Source of the DNA: Octopus sinensis
Taxonomy: Eukaryota
Direction: 5' to 3'
DNA length: 64,000 bases
NCBI RefSeq assembly: GCF_006345805.1
Contig: NC_042998.1
Coordinates: 27,218,001-27,282,000, forward strand
The position numbers and the translations under genes are program-made. Shown piece after piece: positions 12,401-24,627 of this stretch. Below the pieces are notes generated by a model. It worked only from the letters and a program-made list of their open reading frames with translations. It had not been told where the DNA came from and made no database searches. Within the stretch, counting starts at the first letter, position 1, and the number at the start of each line of letters is the position of its first letter.

Positions 12401-14775
12401 AGGTAATCTGCAATATGGCTGAAGATTAAAAGTGAGATGATGTTGGGAAGCTGAATGATATTTGTTGTTCAGATGTGAATGGGAGAATTCAGTAAGAAAT
12501 TTTACAAATATAGTTTCCAGTGAGTGTTCGTTCTTTTTTGTTTTTTAAGAGTATGTGATGATCTGAGGGAGATTTGGTTGCTATTTTTAGCAGCTTAAGT
12601 GATCATGCAAACACCAACTTCTTATCTCAGAGACTCGTTTAAGAGATAAGTGACATTGTTGTGACACGGCACTGTGGTCAGAATGAGAATCCGCAAGCTT
12701 TATGTAGTATTGATTTGACCACCTGCAACTATCGTGAGCCAAATATTGCAGATTAGAATATTCCAGGCTGAATAAAGCCATGAACAAAAGATGAAGAATG
12801 GAGCAATGCAAAAATTTATATATGAAATATATTAGAAATTTTTTTAGAAATTTATAGATTATCTAAGAAAGGACATCAAATGATTAAGATTATGAAGACA
12901 AGATGCATGTAGAGCTTCATAAATATATATGTGAGTGTGCGTGTGAGTGTATGAATATACATGTATGTATAAAGGTGCATACATATGTGTAAATATATAT
13001 ATATGTGTATGTATATAAATATATATTTTAATTTCTGTAAAATATATATACATATATGTACATGTATATAAGTATTTATGTACACACATGCATACATATA
13101 AATGTATGTGCACCTAAATATGTTAACACTTTAAAATATATATGTATGTATATAAGTATATATGCACACACACATGCATATATAAATGTGTATATAAATA
13201 TATATATGTGTGTGTGTGTGTGTGAGTGTGTGTACGCGTTAGTTTATATAGTTATATGTGTGTGTGTGTTTGGCTATGTATGCATATAGATATGTATATA
13301 TGTATGTATGTGCTTAAATGCATGCACACATAAATACATGAATATATTATGTGTGTGTATGTATATATATATGTGTGTGTGTGTGTATGTGTGTATATAT
13401 ATATACACACACATACACACATTCACACATATATAACAGTAAAGAGCATCTCCAAAATACATGAAAAAACATCCAATGTTTGGAACAAAACTTAGTATTA
13501 ATAACTAGAGATGAAATACAAATTCTGTTTTTCTTCCTTTTAAATTTTATGACGTTTTCTCCACTAATTCTATGTTGAATTATAAAAAAAACCAAAAAAA
13601 TATTCATTGCTGCAAATTTAAAAATCAACAATATTTCTAAGGCAAACTTATTTCATTCTTTTTTTTTTCCCAAGTATTTTCAAATTGTTTGGAATTGAAA
13701 TTGAAACCATGCTTATATGGTGACTGCTATTTGCTTCCTTGTATATGAAGGTTTGCGCTTTTGCTACCTTGCTTTTCAAATTGTAGAATGGTTTAACATT
13801 TTTTTTTAACTTCTTGACTTTAGAATGTAAATATTATTTAATTTTTTTTTTTAGTACAAGCCATCATTTTCTGCTATCTTTGAAAGCTTTTGGGGTTTGA
13901 TTTGTAAGCAATCATTGAATGTATCTTTTCATTTAAATTTTTTTATTTTTCCATTCTTATTACTCTAAAAGAGATTGCTGATTTGTCTTTATTATCCTGA
14001 GCTTTTAGTCTTCATTTATTCATCTTTCTAAACATGCATGTCTCTTACATTCAAATGGATTACTCTTTAAAAAATATTATTTTTCAAAATTATATATATT
14101 TTTTATTTTGTATTTATTTAATACTTTTTATAGAATTTTTTTTTCAAACATTTTTTTTTAAAGATTTCTTCTGGTTTTAATTTTTTTTTAAAGAAAATAA
14201 TTTTAAAGCAGCTATTCATAAATATGAAGGAGCTATTACAGGCTGCTAATGCAATTCAAATGAAATAAATATTGACAAATTTCGAGAAATTTTGATATTT
14301 ATGTTAAAAAAGTTTGTGTTAACTGCATTATTAATAAGTTGTACAAGACTAAAATAATTATTTATGATGAATAAATTTAAACAAAAAGATTTAGTTTGAA
14401 AGCATTAAGTAAATACAATATTGTTTTCATAAAATATTTTAAATGAATCATAATAAAAATAATAATTATTATAACAAATGCTAAAAAATAGATATATATT
14501 TCACATTCAAAGAGCATAGGAAAACATAAAAAAGAATAATTATGGAATGATGAAATTTCAGAAATTTTAAAACATTAGTCTACGAGTTTTCAGCAGAAGA
14601 AAATATATAATTAGATCTTTGAAGCTAGCTTTTTTTTTTTTTGGACTGACGCTGAATGCATTATGAAGAAACATAATGAAATAAAACAGATATACATTGA
14701 TAAAAATTCAAGTTAGTTATTGTGGTAAAATTTAATTTTCTGTAAAAGTTAATGAGAAACTGTGCCAAACAATAA

Positions 14776-15154
14776 TCTTTATATAAATAAAGCTGAAGTT
14801 GTCTGTGTATGGCAGGTTTGGTAGCCTTCAATTAACACTATCTCCTCCGACAAGTTGACCAAAATTGAGAGTATGATAGAAGAAGGCTTGCTCTTCCTTC
14901 CGTAGAAGAAAAAATTCAAATCGGGCCTTGTTAACACCAAAAATTATTTACATCAAAAAGGTGCTTTTTTCTATGAAAATCCCTAGTTTTTACAATTTTT
15001 TTACTGCTGTGTCGCCATTTTTCGTTGTATTCCAAGCAGAAAAATGTTCACTTAAAGAGAATAAGAAGCTACATAATGCAAAATTTATACTTTGAAAAAA
15101 TTCCAATTCTTAAGGGCTGAAACAAACCTGAGCAATGCCAGGTGATACTGCTAG
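14776..15154 (+). mobile_element. Non-autonomous Helitron, copy 2
   Basis: A|TC start, CCTGAGCAATGCCAGG hairpin, CTAG|T end. Colinear with copy 1. Confidence 0.85.
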
Positions 15155-15300
15155 TGCTGTAATATTTCGATAAACTCTTTACAAAGCGTCTTAGAATTTA
15201 CAGTTTTAAGAAGTGTATTATGTTTTATTCAAGAATCATATTTTGTTTCATTCACGCTGAGGCACCAGCAGGAAAGGTTTACCCAGAAAAACTGTGCCCT

Positions 15301-15871
15301 ACTCTTTTTACACTTTTACTTGTTTCAGTCATTTGACTGTGGTCATGCTGGAGCACCGGCTTTATTTTTATACTGTCTTTTATATACAGTAATAATAAGA
15401 AAAATCTATCTTATAGATATTTGGTTCAAATTGTTATAATTAAACAGATGATACTTGATAATTTCAAAGATTAGATTATACATTTTCATATGATAGTACA
15501 AAGGATACACGCTAAATGTTTATGTAACAGATACATGCAATAAATAGATCGGTTTAGTCAAAAATATGGAACCAGATCATTAGCAGAACAAAATATATAT
15601 AAAAATATTTTTGACTTGAAGAATTTTTTTTTATTTATCTCTTTTACTTGTTTCAATCATTAGACTGCAGCCATGCTTGGGCAACGCCTTGAATTTTTAG
15701 TCAATAAATTGACCCCAGTACTTATACATTCATTCATTTATTTATTTTTTAGCCTTGTACTTATTCTATCATTCTCTTTTGCTGAACCGCTAAGTTATGG
15801 GGATGTAAACACACCCACCAGCATCAGTTGTCCAGCGATGTTGGGGGGGGGGGACAAACACAGACACACAA

Positions 15872-15914
<43 letters not shown>

Positions 15915-16078
15915 CACATATACGACAGGCTTCTTTCAGTTTCCATCTACCAAATCCACTCACAAGGCTTTGGTCGGCCCGAGGCTATAGAAGACACTTG
16001 CCCAAGGTGCCATGCAGTGGAACTGAACCCAGAACCATGTGGTTGGTAAGCAAGCTACTTACCACACAGCCACTCCTG
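15301..16078 (-). mobile_element. Young SINE family B interrupted by a templated copy of 7580-7996
   Basis: Own 3' end at 15301-15362, foreign block at 15363-15781, remainder to about 16078. Confidence 0.8.
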
Positions 16079-16391
16079 CCCAGTCATTTGTTTTTTTGTT
16101 TTTTTTTGAGCAGTTATTCTGTTTGTCTCTTTTGCCAAACTGCTAAGTAATGGGGACGAAACAAACTAACACCAGTTGTCAGGCAGTGGTAGAGGACAAA
16201 TACACATACACATATGCATATATATAGTGGTTGGCATTTGGAAGGGCATCCAGCTATAAAAAAACCCTGCCAAAACAGACACAGAAGTCTGGTGCAGGCT
16301 CCTGCCTGGCTGGCTCATGTCAAACCATCAACCCATGCCAGCATGGAAGGTAGACATTGATGATGATGATGATGATGACGATGATGATATA

Positions 16392-16690
16392 GGAGCACTC
16401 TGTTGGTTACGATGATGAGGGTCCCAACTGATACGATCAACGGATCAGCTTGCTCGTGAAATTAGCATACAAGTGGCTGAGTACTCCACAGACATGTATA
16501 TCCTTATTGCAGTTCTCAAGGAAATTCAGCATGACACAGAGTGCGACAAGGCTCGCCCTTAGAAATACAGGTGCTGCTCATTTTTGCCCAGCTGAGTGGA
16601 CTGGAGCAACATGAAAATAAAGTGTCTTACTCAAGGACAATCCGTTGCCGGGGAATTAAATTCATGACCTTACAATTGTGAACCGAATAT
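16392..16690 (-). mobile_element. SINE sharing the GCTCCAGTCCACTCAGCTG core, with a different 3' domain
   Basis: Shares the core with the 22599 and 27349 elements on the minus strand. Confidence 0.65.
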
Positions 16691-16737
16691 TCCAACACAC
16701 ACACACACACACACGCACACACAGTTCTTCTTTCAGT

Positions 16738-16970
16738 TTATTATTTCTTTATTGCCCACAAGGGGCTAAACACAGAGGGGACAAACAAGAACAGACAAAG
16801 GGATTAAGTCGATTACATCGACCCCCAGTGCGTAACTGGTACTTAATTTATCGACCCCAAAAGGATAAAAGGTAAAGTCAACCTTGGCAGAAATTGAACT
16901 CAGAACATAGCGACAGACGAAATACCTCTAAGCATTTCACCCAGCGTGCTAATGTTTCTGCAGCTCGTTG
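16738..16970 (-). mobile_element. SINE family A
   Basis: Full-length reverse copy. Confidence 0.85.
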
Positions 16971-17589
16971 TCAGCTTGCCGTTCTTCTTTCAGTTTCTGT
17001 CTATCAAAACCATTTACAGGGCTTTTAGTTAGCTTGGGTCTTTAGTAGAAGATATTTGTCCAAGGTGCCGTGAAGTGGAACTGAACTCAGAACCATGTGG
17101 TTGGGAAGTAAGCTTTTTAAGACAACAACGCTATGAAGCAACTATGAAGCAACCATGAACTTCTTCTAAAACATTAGACCCTTTACTACTTTTATCTCCA
17201 TTTGTAACATTGATCAAGTTGTCTTAATAGATTTTATGATAACACAGTTCTTAGTACATCACTTCTGATTTAGTGTTTTTTAGTATGTGACTAGTAGCTG
17301 TACTAATTTTCTAAATGTCATTCAACTTCTGGAGGTATCTATTTGCATTACATAAAATTTTCAATGATAAAAGCTACCTTGTCAATGTTCTCTGTCATAA
17401 AAGATTCTTATTACATTTATTAAACTCCTCTTTATCTTCCCCTCCATCATAGGTATTATCATCTGTTACTACAAGCTGTTAGTAGTATTGTAGTCCACTT
17501 GCTACGCTTGATTATAAATGTGAAATCTGACTGATGATATTTCTTGCACTTTTGAAATTATTCCCGTTCTCTTTTTTTTTTTTATCTCT

Positions 17590-17995
17590 TTTACGCGTTT
17601 CAGTCATTTGACTGTGGCCACGCTGGAGCACCGCCTCTAGTTGAAGAAATCGACCCTGTACTTATTCTATCAGTCTCTCTTTGGTCGAAGCGCTAGGTTT
17701 CAGGAACACAAACACACCAGCATCAGTTGTCAAGCGATGGTGGTGGTGGTGGTGGAGACACACACACACACACAAAAACATAGACATAAAGATACACACA
17801 CATAAATATATGTATACATACATACATATATATATATATATATGACAGGCTTCTTTCAGTATCCGTCTGCCAAATGCACTCACAAGGCTTTGGTCGGCCC
17901 GAGGCTATAGTAGAAGACGCTTGCTCAAGGTGCCACGCAGTGAGATTGAACCTGGAACCATGTGGTTGGGAAGCAAGCTTCTTACCACACAGCCA
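17590..17995 (-). mobile_element. SINE family B
   Basis: Near full-length reverse copy. Confidence 0.85.
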
Positions 17996-18423
17996 TATTC
18001 ATTATTTTATTAGTTCTTTCTTTTTTGTTGTTTCTTTGTGTGTATCTTTCCTTTTATCTAGTGTTTTACTTGTTAGTCATTAGAACGTGGCCATACTGGA
18101 GCACCACCTTGAAGGATTTTTAGTTGAATAAACTGACTCCAGTACATTTTTTCTCTTTTATTCCATTTCTTGTTTCAGTGATTTGACTGTGACCATGCTG
18201 GAGCACCACCTTTAGTCAAACAAATCAACCCCAGGACTTATTCTTTGTAAGCCTAGTACTTATTCCATCGGTCGTTTTTGTTGACCTGCTAAGTTGTGGA
18301 TTGTGAAGTCAGAGTGGGGTTGGTTTTATAGTTATTTCAAAATTATGATGCTATGATGCTAGGTGTTTCCATTATTTTGTCCAACTGCTGTATATACATA
18401 TATGTAATATATATATATATGTA

Positions 18424-18487
<64 letters not shown>

Positions 18488-18775
18488 ATGTATATAATAT
18501 TATATTTAGCGTTTTTATACTTTTTGGTTAGTTATATACAAAAATTAAAAAAATTAAAATGTTAAAAAATTTATAAATTCAAAAATTCAAAAATATAAAA
18601 ATTTTTAAATATTAATTAAAAATTTAAAATTTTTATAATTTAAATTTTAATTTTATATTTTATATATATATTATATATTATATTAATTATATTTATTTTT
18701 TGTTTTTTATGTTTTGGTTTATGTCTATCACTGTTTGAGTTGCCTAATAGTGGTTTTATCTCTAATTAATTTATA

Positions 18776-18821
<46 letters not shown>

Positions 18822-19027
18822 TATGCAAAGTACAGGGGTTTAGTTCACAGGTGATCTAAACAATTAGGAGCACTAGGTAAGTGCTGTAACATATTACTAG
18901 GGCTGCAAATTTATAGCTAAGACAGTAATTATGGAGCCATTGCAGATTTCCGATATAGCAGATATACGGTTGTTGTCCTCTTTAACAATTATATATATAT
19001 ATACACACACACACACACATATAAATA

Positions 19028-19202
19028 CAGTGTACAAATTCCAAACCACTATTAGGGATAAAATTTCGAATGGAATGAAAAAATAAAAACATTTCAGTCC
19101 ATTCGAAATTTTATCCTTAATAGTGGTTTGGAATTTAACTGTCTTCTCTAGCGTGCAGGTAGTCCTATGATGGATACCTCTTTTGTGTTTAAATGTACAC
19201 TG
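19028..19202. mobile_element. Palindromic Tc1/mariner-type MITE
   Basis: TA|CAGTGTAC...GTACACTG|TA termini and an internal 45-bp-arm hairpin at 19036-19136. Confidence 0.65.
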
Positions 19203-19402
19203 TATTTTATATGAATAATATATAGTCTAGTGACTAAACTTTTTATATGCTAGGTCACTGGTAATGGAAATTTCTAATATTTCAGATTACCCTTTGATAT
19301 TGTTAATTATATATATATATCATCATCATTTAACGTCTGTTCTCCATGCTAGCATGGGTTGGACGGTTTGACCGGGGAGGGTCGAATTACATAATATAAT
19401 TA

Positions 19403-19441
<39 letters not shown>

Positions 19442-19539
19442 TATATATATATATAATATATAATTATATATATATATATATATATATATAATTATATATA
19501 TATATATAATATATATATATATAATTATATATTATATAT

Positions 19540-19588
<49 letters not shown>

Positions 19589-21072
19589 ACACACACACAC
19601 CACACACACACACACACACACATATGATGGGCTTCTTTCAGTTTCTGTCTACCAAATCCACTCACAAGGCTTCGGTCTTCCCAAGGCTATAGTAGAAGAC
19701 ACTTGCCCAAGGTGCCATGCAGTGGGACTGAACCCGGAACCATGTGGTTGAGAAGCAAGCTTCTTACCACACAGCTACTCTTTCGCTAATAGTCATTATT
19801 TTATTAGTTCTTTCTTCTTTTTTTTGATTTGTTTGTATGTATATCTATGCATGAGTAATTTATTCATTGCATGATGTCTATTATGCGAAGGTGTGTAGCT
19901 TAATGGTGAGTATTTTTGGACTGATGATCTCACATGGTCAAAAGTTTGATTCTTAAGCTGGGTGGGCAAGTTTTGTTTTTAAACACAAAAAAAACTTCAT
20001 GTCAGTCACATTGCTGTAGTTCACTCTGCTGAAAATGGGTGGCATCCATAGAGTTAACCATGTGACAAGTTGACCTCCCATTCAGAGGAGGGGAAGGGGG
20101 TGCATTGCACACATGGTAGCTGATAAGCCATAGAAAGTGGGATAGGCTCCAGTTTAATGAGCCTGTAAGGCTCCTGACAGACCCAAGAAGATAAGAAAGT
20201 ACTATTTATTATGTTCCTGCTTATGTTTTGTTTGTAGATTGTGTGAGGTAGGCATTTGCTTATAAATTATATTTTGTAGATCTTGACTTGGGAAATGAAT
20301 AAGGAAGTTGTTTATTTTATTATGGATATACTCTTTTACTCTTTTACTTGTTTCAGTCATCTGACTGTGGCCATGCTGGAGCACTGCCTTTTAGCTGATC
20401 AAATCGACCCCAGGACTTATTCTTTGTAAGCCTAGTACTTATTCTATTGGTCATCATCATTTAACGTCCGTTGTCCATGCTGGTATGGGTTGGATGGTTT
20501 GACTGGGCTGGCACGCTGGAAGACTGCACCAGACTCCAGTCTGATTTAGCATGGTTTTCTACAGCTGGATGCTCTTCCTGACGCCAACTACTCTGAGAGT
20601 GTAATGGGTGGTTTTATGTGCCACCAGCATGATATATATATGTATGTATGCATTTGTGTATCATCACTTGACAACTGTTGTTCATGTGTTTAAGTCCTCA
20701 TAACTTAGCAGTTTGGCAAAAGACACCAATAGAATAAGTACTAGGCTTACAAGGAATAAGTCCTGGTGTTGATTTGTTCGACTAAAGGCAGTGTTCCAGC
20801 ATGGCCGCAGTCAAATAACTGAAACATGTAGGAGAGTAAAAGAGTATTATCATTTATCAGTCATTGGACTGTGACTATACTGGGGTGAGTTTTTTTTTTT
20901 TTTTAGTTGAACAAATCAAAGCCAGTGCTTTCTTTTTTTTTTTTAAGCCTAGTACATTTCTGTTAGTCTCTTTTGCCAAACTGCTAAGTTATAAGAATGT
21001 AAACAACACCAGCTACCAAACAGTGGTGGGGAACGAACACACACACACACAGATATATACATATATGACAAC

Positions 21073-21298
21073 GGCGAGCTGGCAGAACCGTTAGCATGCC
21101 GGGAGAAATGCGTAGCCGTATTTCATCTGCCATTACGTTCTGAGCTCAAATTCCACTGAGGTCGACTTTGCCTTTCGTCCTTTCAGGGTCGATAAATTAA
21201 GTACCAGTTACGCACTGGGGTCGATATAATCGACTTAATTCGTTTGTCTGTCCTTGTTTGTCCCCTCTATGTTTAGCCCCTTGTGGGTAATAAAGAAA
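21073..21298 (+). mobile_element. SINE family A
   Basis: Full-length copy nested in a family B microsatellite region. Confidence 0.88.
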
Positions 21299-21956
21299 CA
21301 TGTACATATATGACAAGCTTCTTTCAGTTTCCATCAATCAAATCCATGTGCAAGCATTTGGTTGGCCTAGTGTTATAGTAAAAAGCACTTCTGCAAGGTG
21401 CCATGCAGTGGGACTGAAAGCAAAACCTAGGAATCAGGAAGCAGATTGCTTACCACACAGCCATGCTTCCAACCTATTCACTTACAAACCTAAAATAATG
21501 CATTCTCGTTTAATTTTATATTAAACAGTGTTATCACTGTAACATGTTATATTACAAAGTAGTAGAGATTTTCAGATTTTTTATTTAATTTTTCATGTAC
21601 ATTTAAGTTAGTTACTATTTCAAGCAATATATCTTGAATAGAAATAATTAATATTTCTTCTGGTTTGATTCATTGTTTTTTTTTTTTTTTTTTTTTTGCT
21701 TTATCAGTTTTACTTGAAAAATAGTTGTTTATGAATTATTATTTTTCTGTTTGCTGACAAAGTGAGTCATCTAAGAAAGGTCAATTGACTATAGAACTAA
21801 ATGTTCTTCCAATATGATAGATTGTTTGCTGACATTTTTCTATACATCTAATTATTTATAGTTATATTGCTAAAATATTCTGTTGCTATGGTTTAAAAGG
21901 AACATTTTCCAACTATTTAATTACATCATTTGGATTTGAAGCAAGCAATAAGAAAC

Positions 21957-22370
21957 TGACTCGATGATGCTTTTTTGGAATATATAGTCCAGTGTCGTGA
22001 TGTTTTGAGCTCACTTGCTGCTGAAATCAAGTTTGGCTGATATGGAATTTGGCTTATAAAATAGGTGTTCCAAATGCAGTGGCTTTGTCTAATCCTTGGT
22101 GTCTCTCTATGCCGCAGAATCTCAAACAACATCTGAGCATAGTACCAATAGCAGCCAACTTTGAAGACCAAGTCCAAAAGTGCAGGCTATAGTGATTTGG
22201 TCATATCTGCAGGATGAGCACTGGAAGACTACGACACCAACATTTGCGGCGGCAGTGATCCATGTACTGGTTGGTTAATCCAGCACAGAGCACCAAAGAC
22301 ATAGGCAAAGCAAATTGAGGAAGACCTGAAGTTACGTCCCTGTAACTTAGCAGTTCGGCAAAAGAGATCG
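21957..22370 (+). mobile_element. Decayed RTE-like LINE fragment fused to a SINE 3' segment, unit 1 of a tandem duplication
   Basis: ..NFEDQVQKCRL**FGHICRM.. resembles the RTE RRLRWFGHVxRM motif. Repeated at 22376. Confidence 0.6.
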
Positions 22371-22375
22371 ATTGG

Positions 22376-23190
22376 CTCGATGATGCTTTTTTAGAATATA
22401 GTCCAGTGTCGTGATGTTTTGAGCTCACTTGCTGCTGAAATCAAGTTTGGCTGATATGGAATTTGGCTTATAAAATAGGTGTTCCAAGTGCAGTGGTTTT
22501 GTCTAATCCTTGGCGTCTCTCTATGCTGCAGAATCTCAAGTCCAACAGTGCAGGCTACAGTGATTCGGTCATGTCTGTAGGATGAGCACTGGAAGACTGA
22601 GACCCCCTTCAGTCACGACACAGACCATGGGATTGCACCTAGAAAGTTACCCTCCCAGGCACAAGTCCAGGCAAGGTTGTTTTATGGAAGACCAGCCATC
22701 GCCTATGCATACTGGCCTCCCATCTCCACGCCACCAGTGTTATCCAAGGGAAAGGCAAAGGGGCCGATACAGCTTGGCATCTGTTATGTTGCAACTCATT
22801 TCTACAGCTGAGTGAACTGGAGCAACGTGAAATAAAGTGCCTTGCCCAAGAACACAACATGCAGCCCGGTTCAGGATTCGAACTCACAACCTCACGATCG
22901 TAAGCTCAACGCACTAACCACTGAGCCATGCACCTTCACTGGAAGACTACCACACCAACATTTGTGGTGGCAGTAATCCATGTACTGGATAGTTAATCCA
23001 GCACAGAGCACCAAAGACACAGGCAAAGCAAATTGAGGAAGACCTGAAGTTACATCCCTGCAACTTAGCAGTTCGGCAAAAGACACCAATAGAATAAGTA
23101 CTAGGCTTACAAAGAATAAGGGGTCAATTTGTTCAACTAAAGGCAGTACTCCAGCATGGCCACATTCAAATGATTGAAACAGGTAAAAGA
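22376..23190 (+). mobile_element. Unit 2 of the tandem RTE-fragment duplication, with an internal deletion and a SINE insertion
   Basis: Direct copy of 21957-22370 lacking about 45 bp and interrupted by the SINE at 22599-22936. Confidence 0.65.
22599..22936 (-). mobile_element. tRNA-headed SINE, third family
   Basis: Clear A box TGGCTCAGTGG and B box GTTCGAATCC on the minus strand; 12-bp TSD CACTGGAAGACT (22587-22598, 22937-22948). Confidence 0.9.
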
Positions 23191-23865
23191 ATATTATTAG
23201 TCAAAAGAAAGTAATATTTGTCTAAAATTTTTCTAAAAGTTTTACAAGCTTGATACGTATTTTACCCTGTATCTTTTAGTTGTTTCAGTCTTTGGACTAT
23301 GGCCATGCTGGGGCACTGACTTGAAGAGTTTTAGTCAAACAAATCAACCCCAGTACTTATTTCCTTAAAGTTTGGTACTTATTCTTTTAATCTTTTTAAC
23401 TTGTGACCACAATTGGTTCCGACTTATTGGTTGTAAGTCCATTTGGTCATAAGTTGGCCTATAGGCCTAAATAGCTTTCTTTTATATTTTTACATCGTTA
23501 AGGTACATTCCCAGGTAAAAAGTCACACACAGCATTCTGTATTATACTGTTATATGGGCATTAGTCAAAAATTTCAGAGTCTCAAGCAGTTGTCTTATAA
23601 ATAAATACAAGGTTGCCTCGATGTCTTCGCGACAGGATATTCATTCCAACACTCAGGATAACTACAGTGGCGATTGATAACCTAAGGGAAGTGTTTGTAA
23701 ATTGACAATATCCGTAGGTGTGTTAATTTCTAAGAAATTAAACCTATTAGATTTCAACTGGTCTATTTATTATTGCTGCTGGGTGCTGGCATGCCAATCA
23801 CTGTCAAGTCAATCGGTTGTAAGTTGGATAGGTTGTAAGTCGATGACAACCTGCATATGTTTATG

Positions 23866-23970
<105 letters not shown>

Positions 23971-24144
23971 GATATGAGGGAATATTCCAAACTTACAGGG
24001 AAAATTTCAATTTAGAAATACTAAATCAAATTTCACAAAATATGATATATATATATATATATATATTTTTCTTCTTTTGTTTCAGCTCAGAGCTGCAGCC
24101 ATGCTGATGCACTGCTGTTTAAAGAAAACATACCAAGCGTTAAA

Positions 24145-24217
24145 TGCCGAAACCCGGGAACTAACCAGGGACCTTTAGATCTTCAGTCTAACGCTCTCCC
24201 AACTGAGCTATTTCAGC
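24145..24217 (-). tRNA. tRNA-Phe(GAA) copy, probably a pseudogene (T-loop/B-box mutated)
   Basis: Minus strand GCTGAAATAGCTCAGTTGGGAGAGCGTTAGACTGAAGATCTAAAGGTCCCTGGTTAGTTCCCGGGTTTCGGCA: 73 nt, 70/73 identical to canonical metazoan tRNA-Phe. Differences are C3T, C56A and A58T. Confidence 0.88.
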
Positions 24218-24627
24218 TCTATAAATTAGAAAAAAAATCCCCTTTTATCAATTCAATAATGAAAAATTAAATTATACCATTTAGAAAAATTACATATCAT
24301 AGAAAGATTAAATATACAATAAAACATATAACAATGATTAAGTAATGTGCAAAATATATAAATCCATGTGTGATGTCTCTGTGTTTGTGTTTGCTTCCAT
24401 CACTGCTTAACAACCAATCTGATTTGTTTATGTCCCTGAAACTTAGCAGTTTGGCAAAAGAGATCAATGGAATAAGTACTGGGATTTGAAAAATTAAGTA
24501 CTTGGTATGATTTATCCAACTTAAACCCTCGAAGTCACAGCTCTTGCATGACCATTGTCCAATAACTGAAATAAGTAAAAGATAAAAGAGAGCTATTTCA
24601 AAGCTGATTATCCCAACCAATAAAGTT

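Noticed and set aside
11946-12811. Protein-like short ORFs at 11946-12137 and 12587-12811
   Set aside because: No recognisable family, weak or inconsistent splice sites, and stops in the alternative frames.
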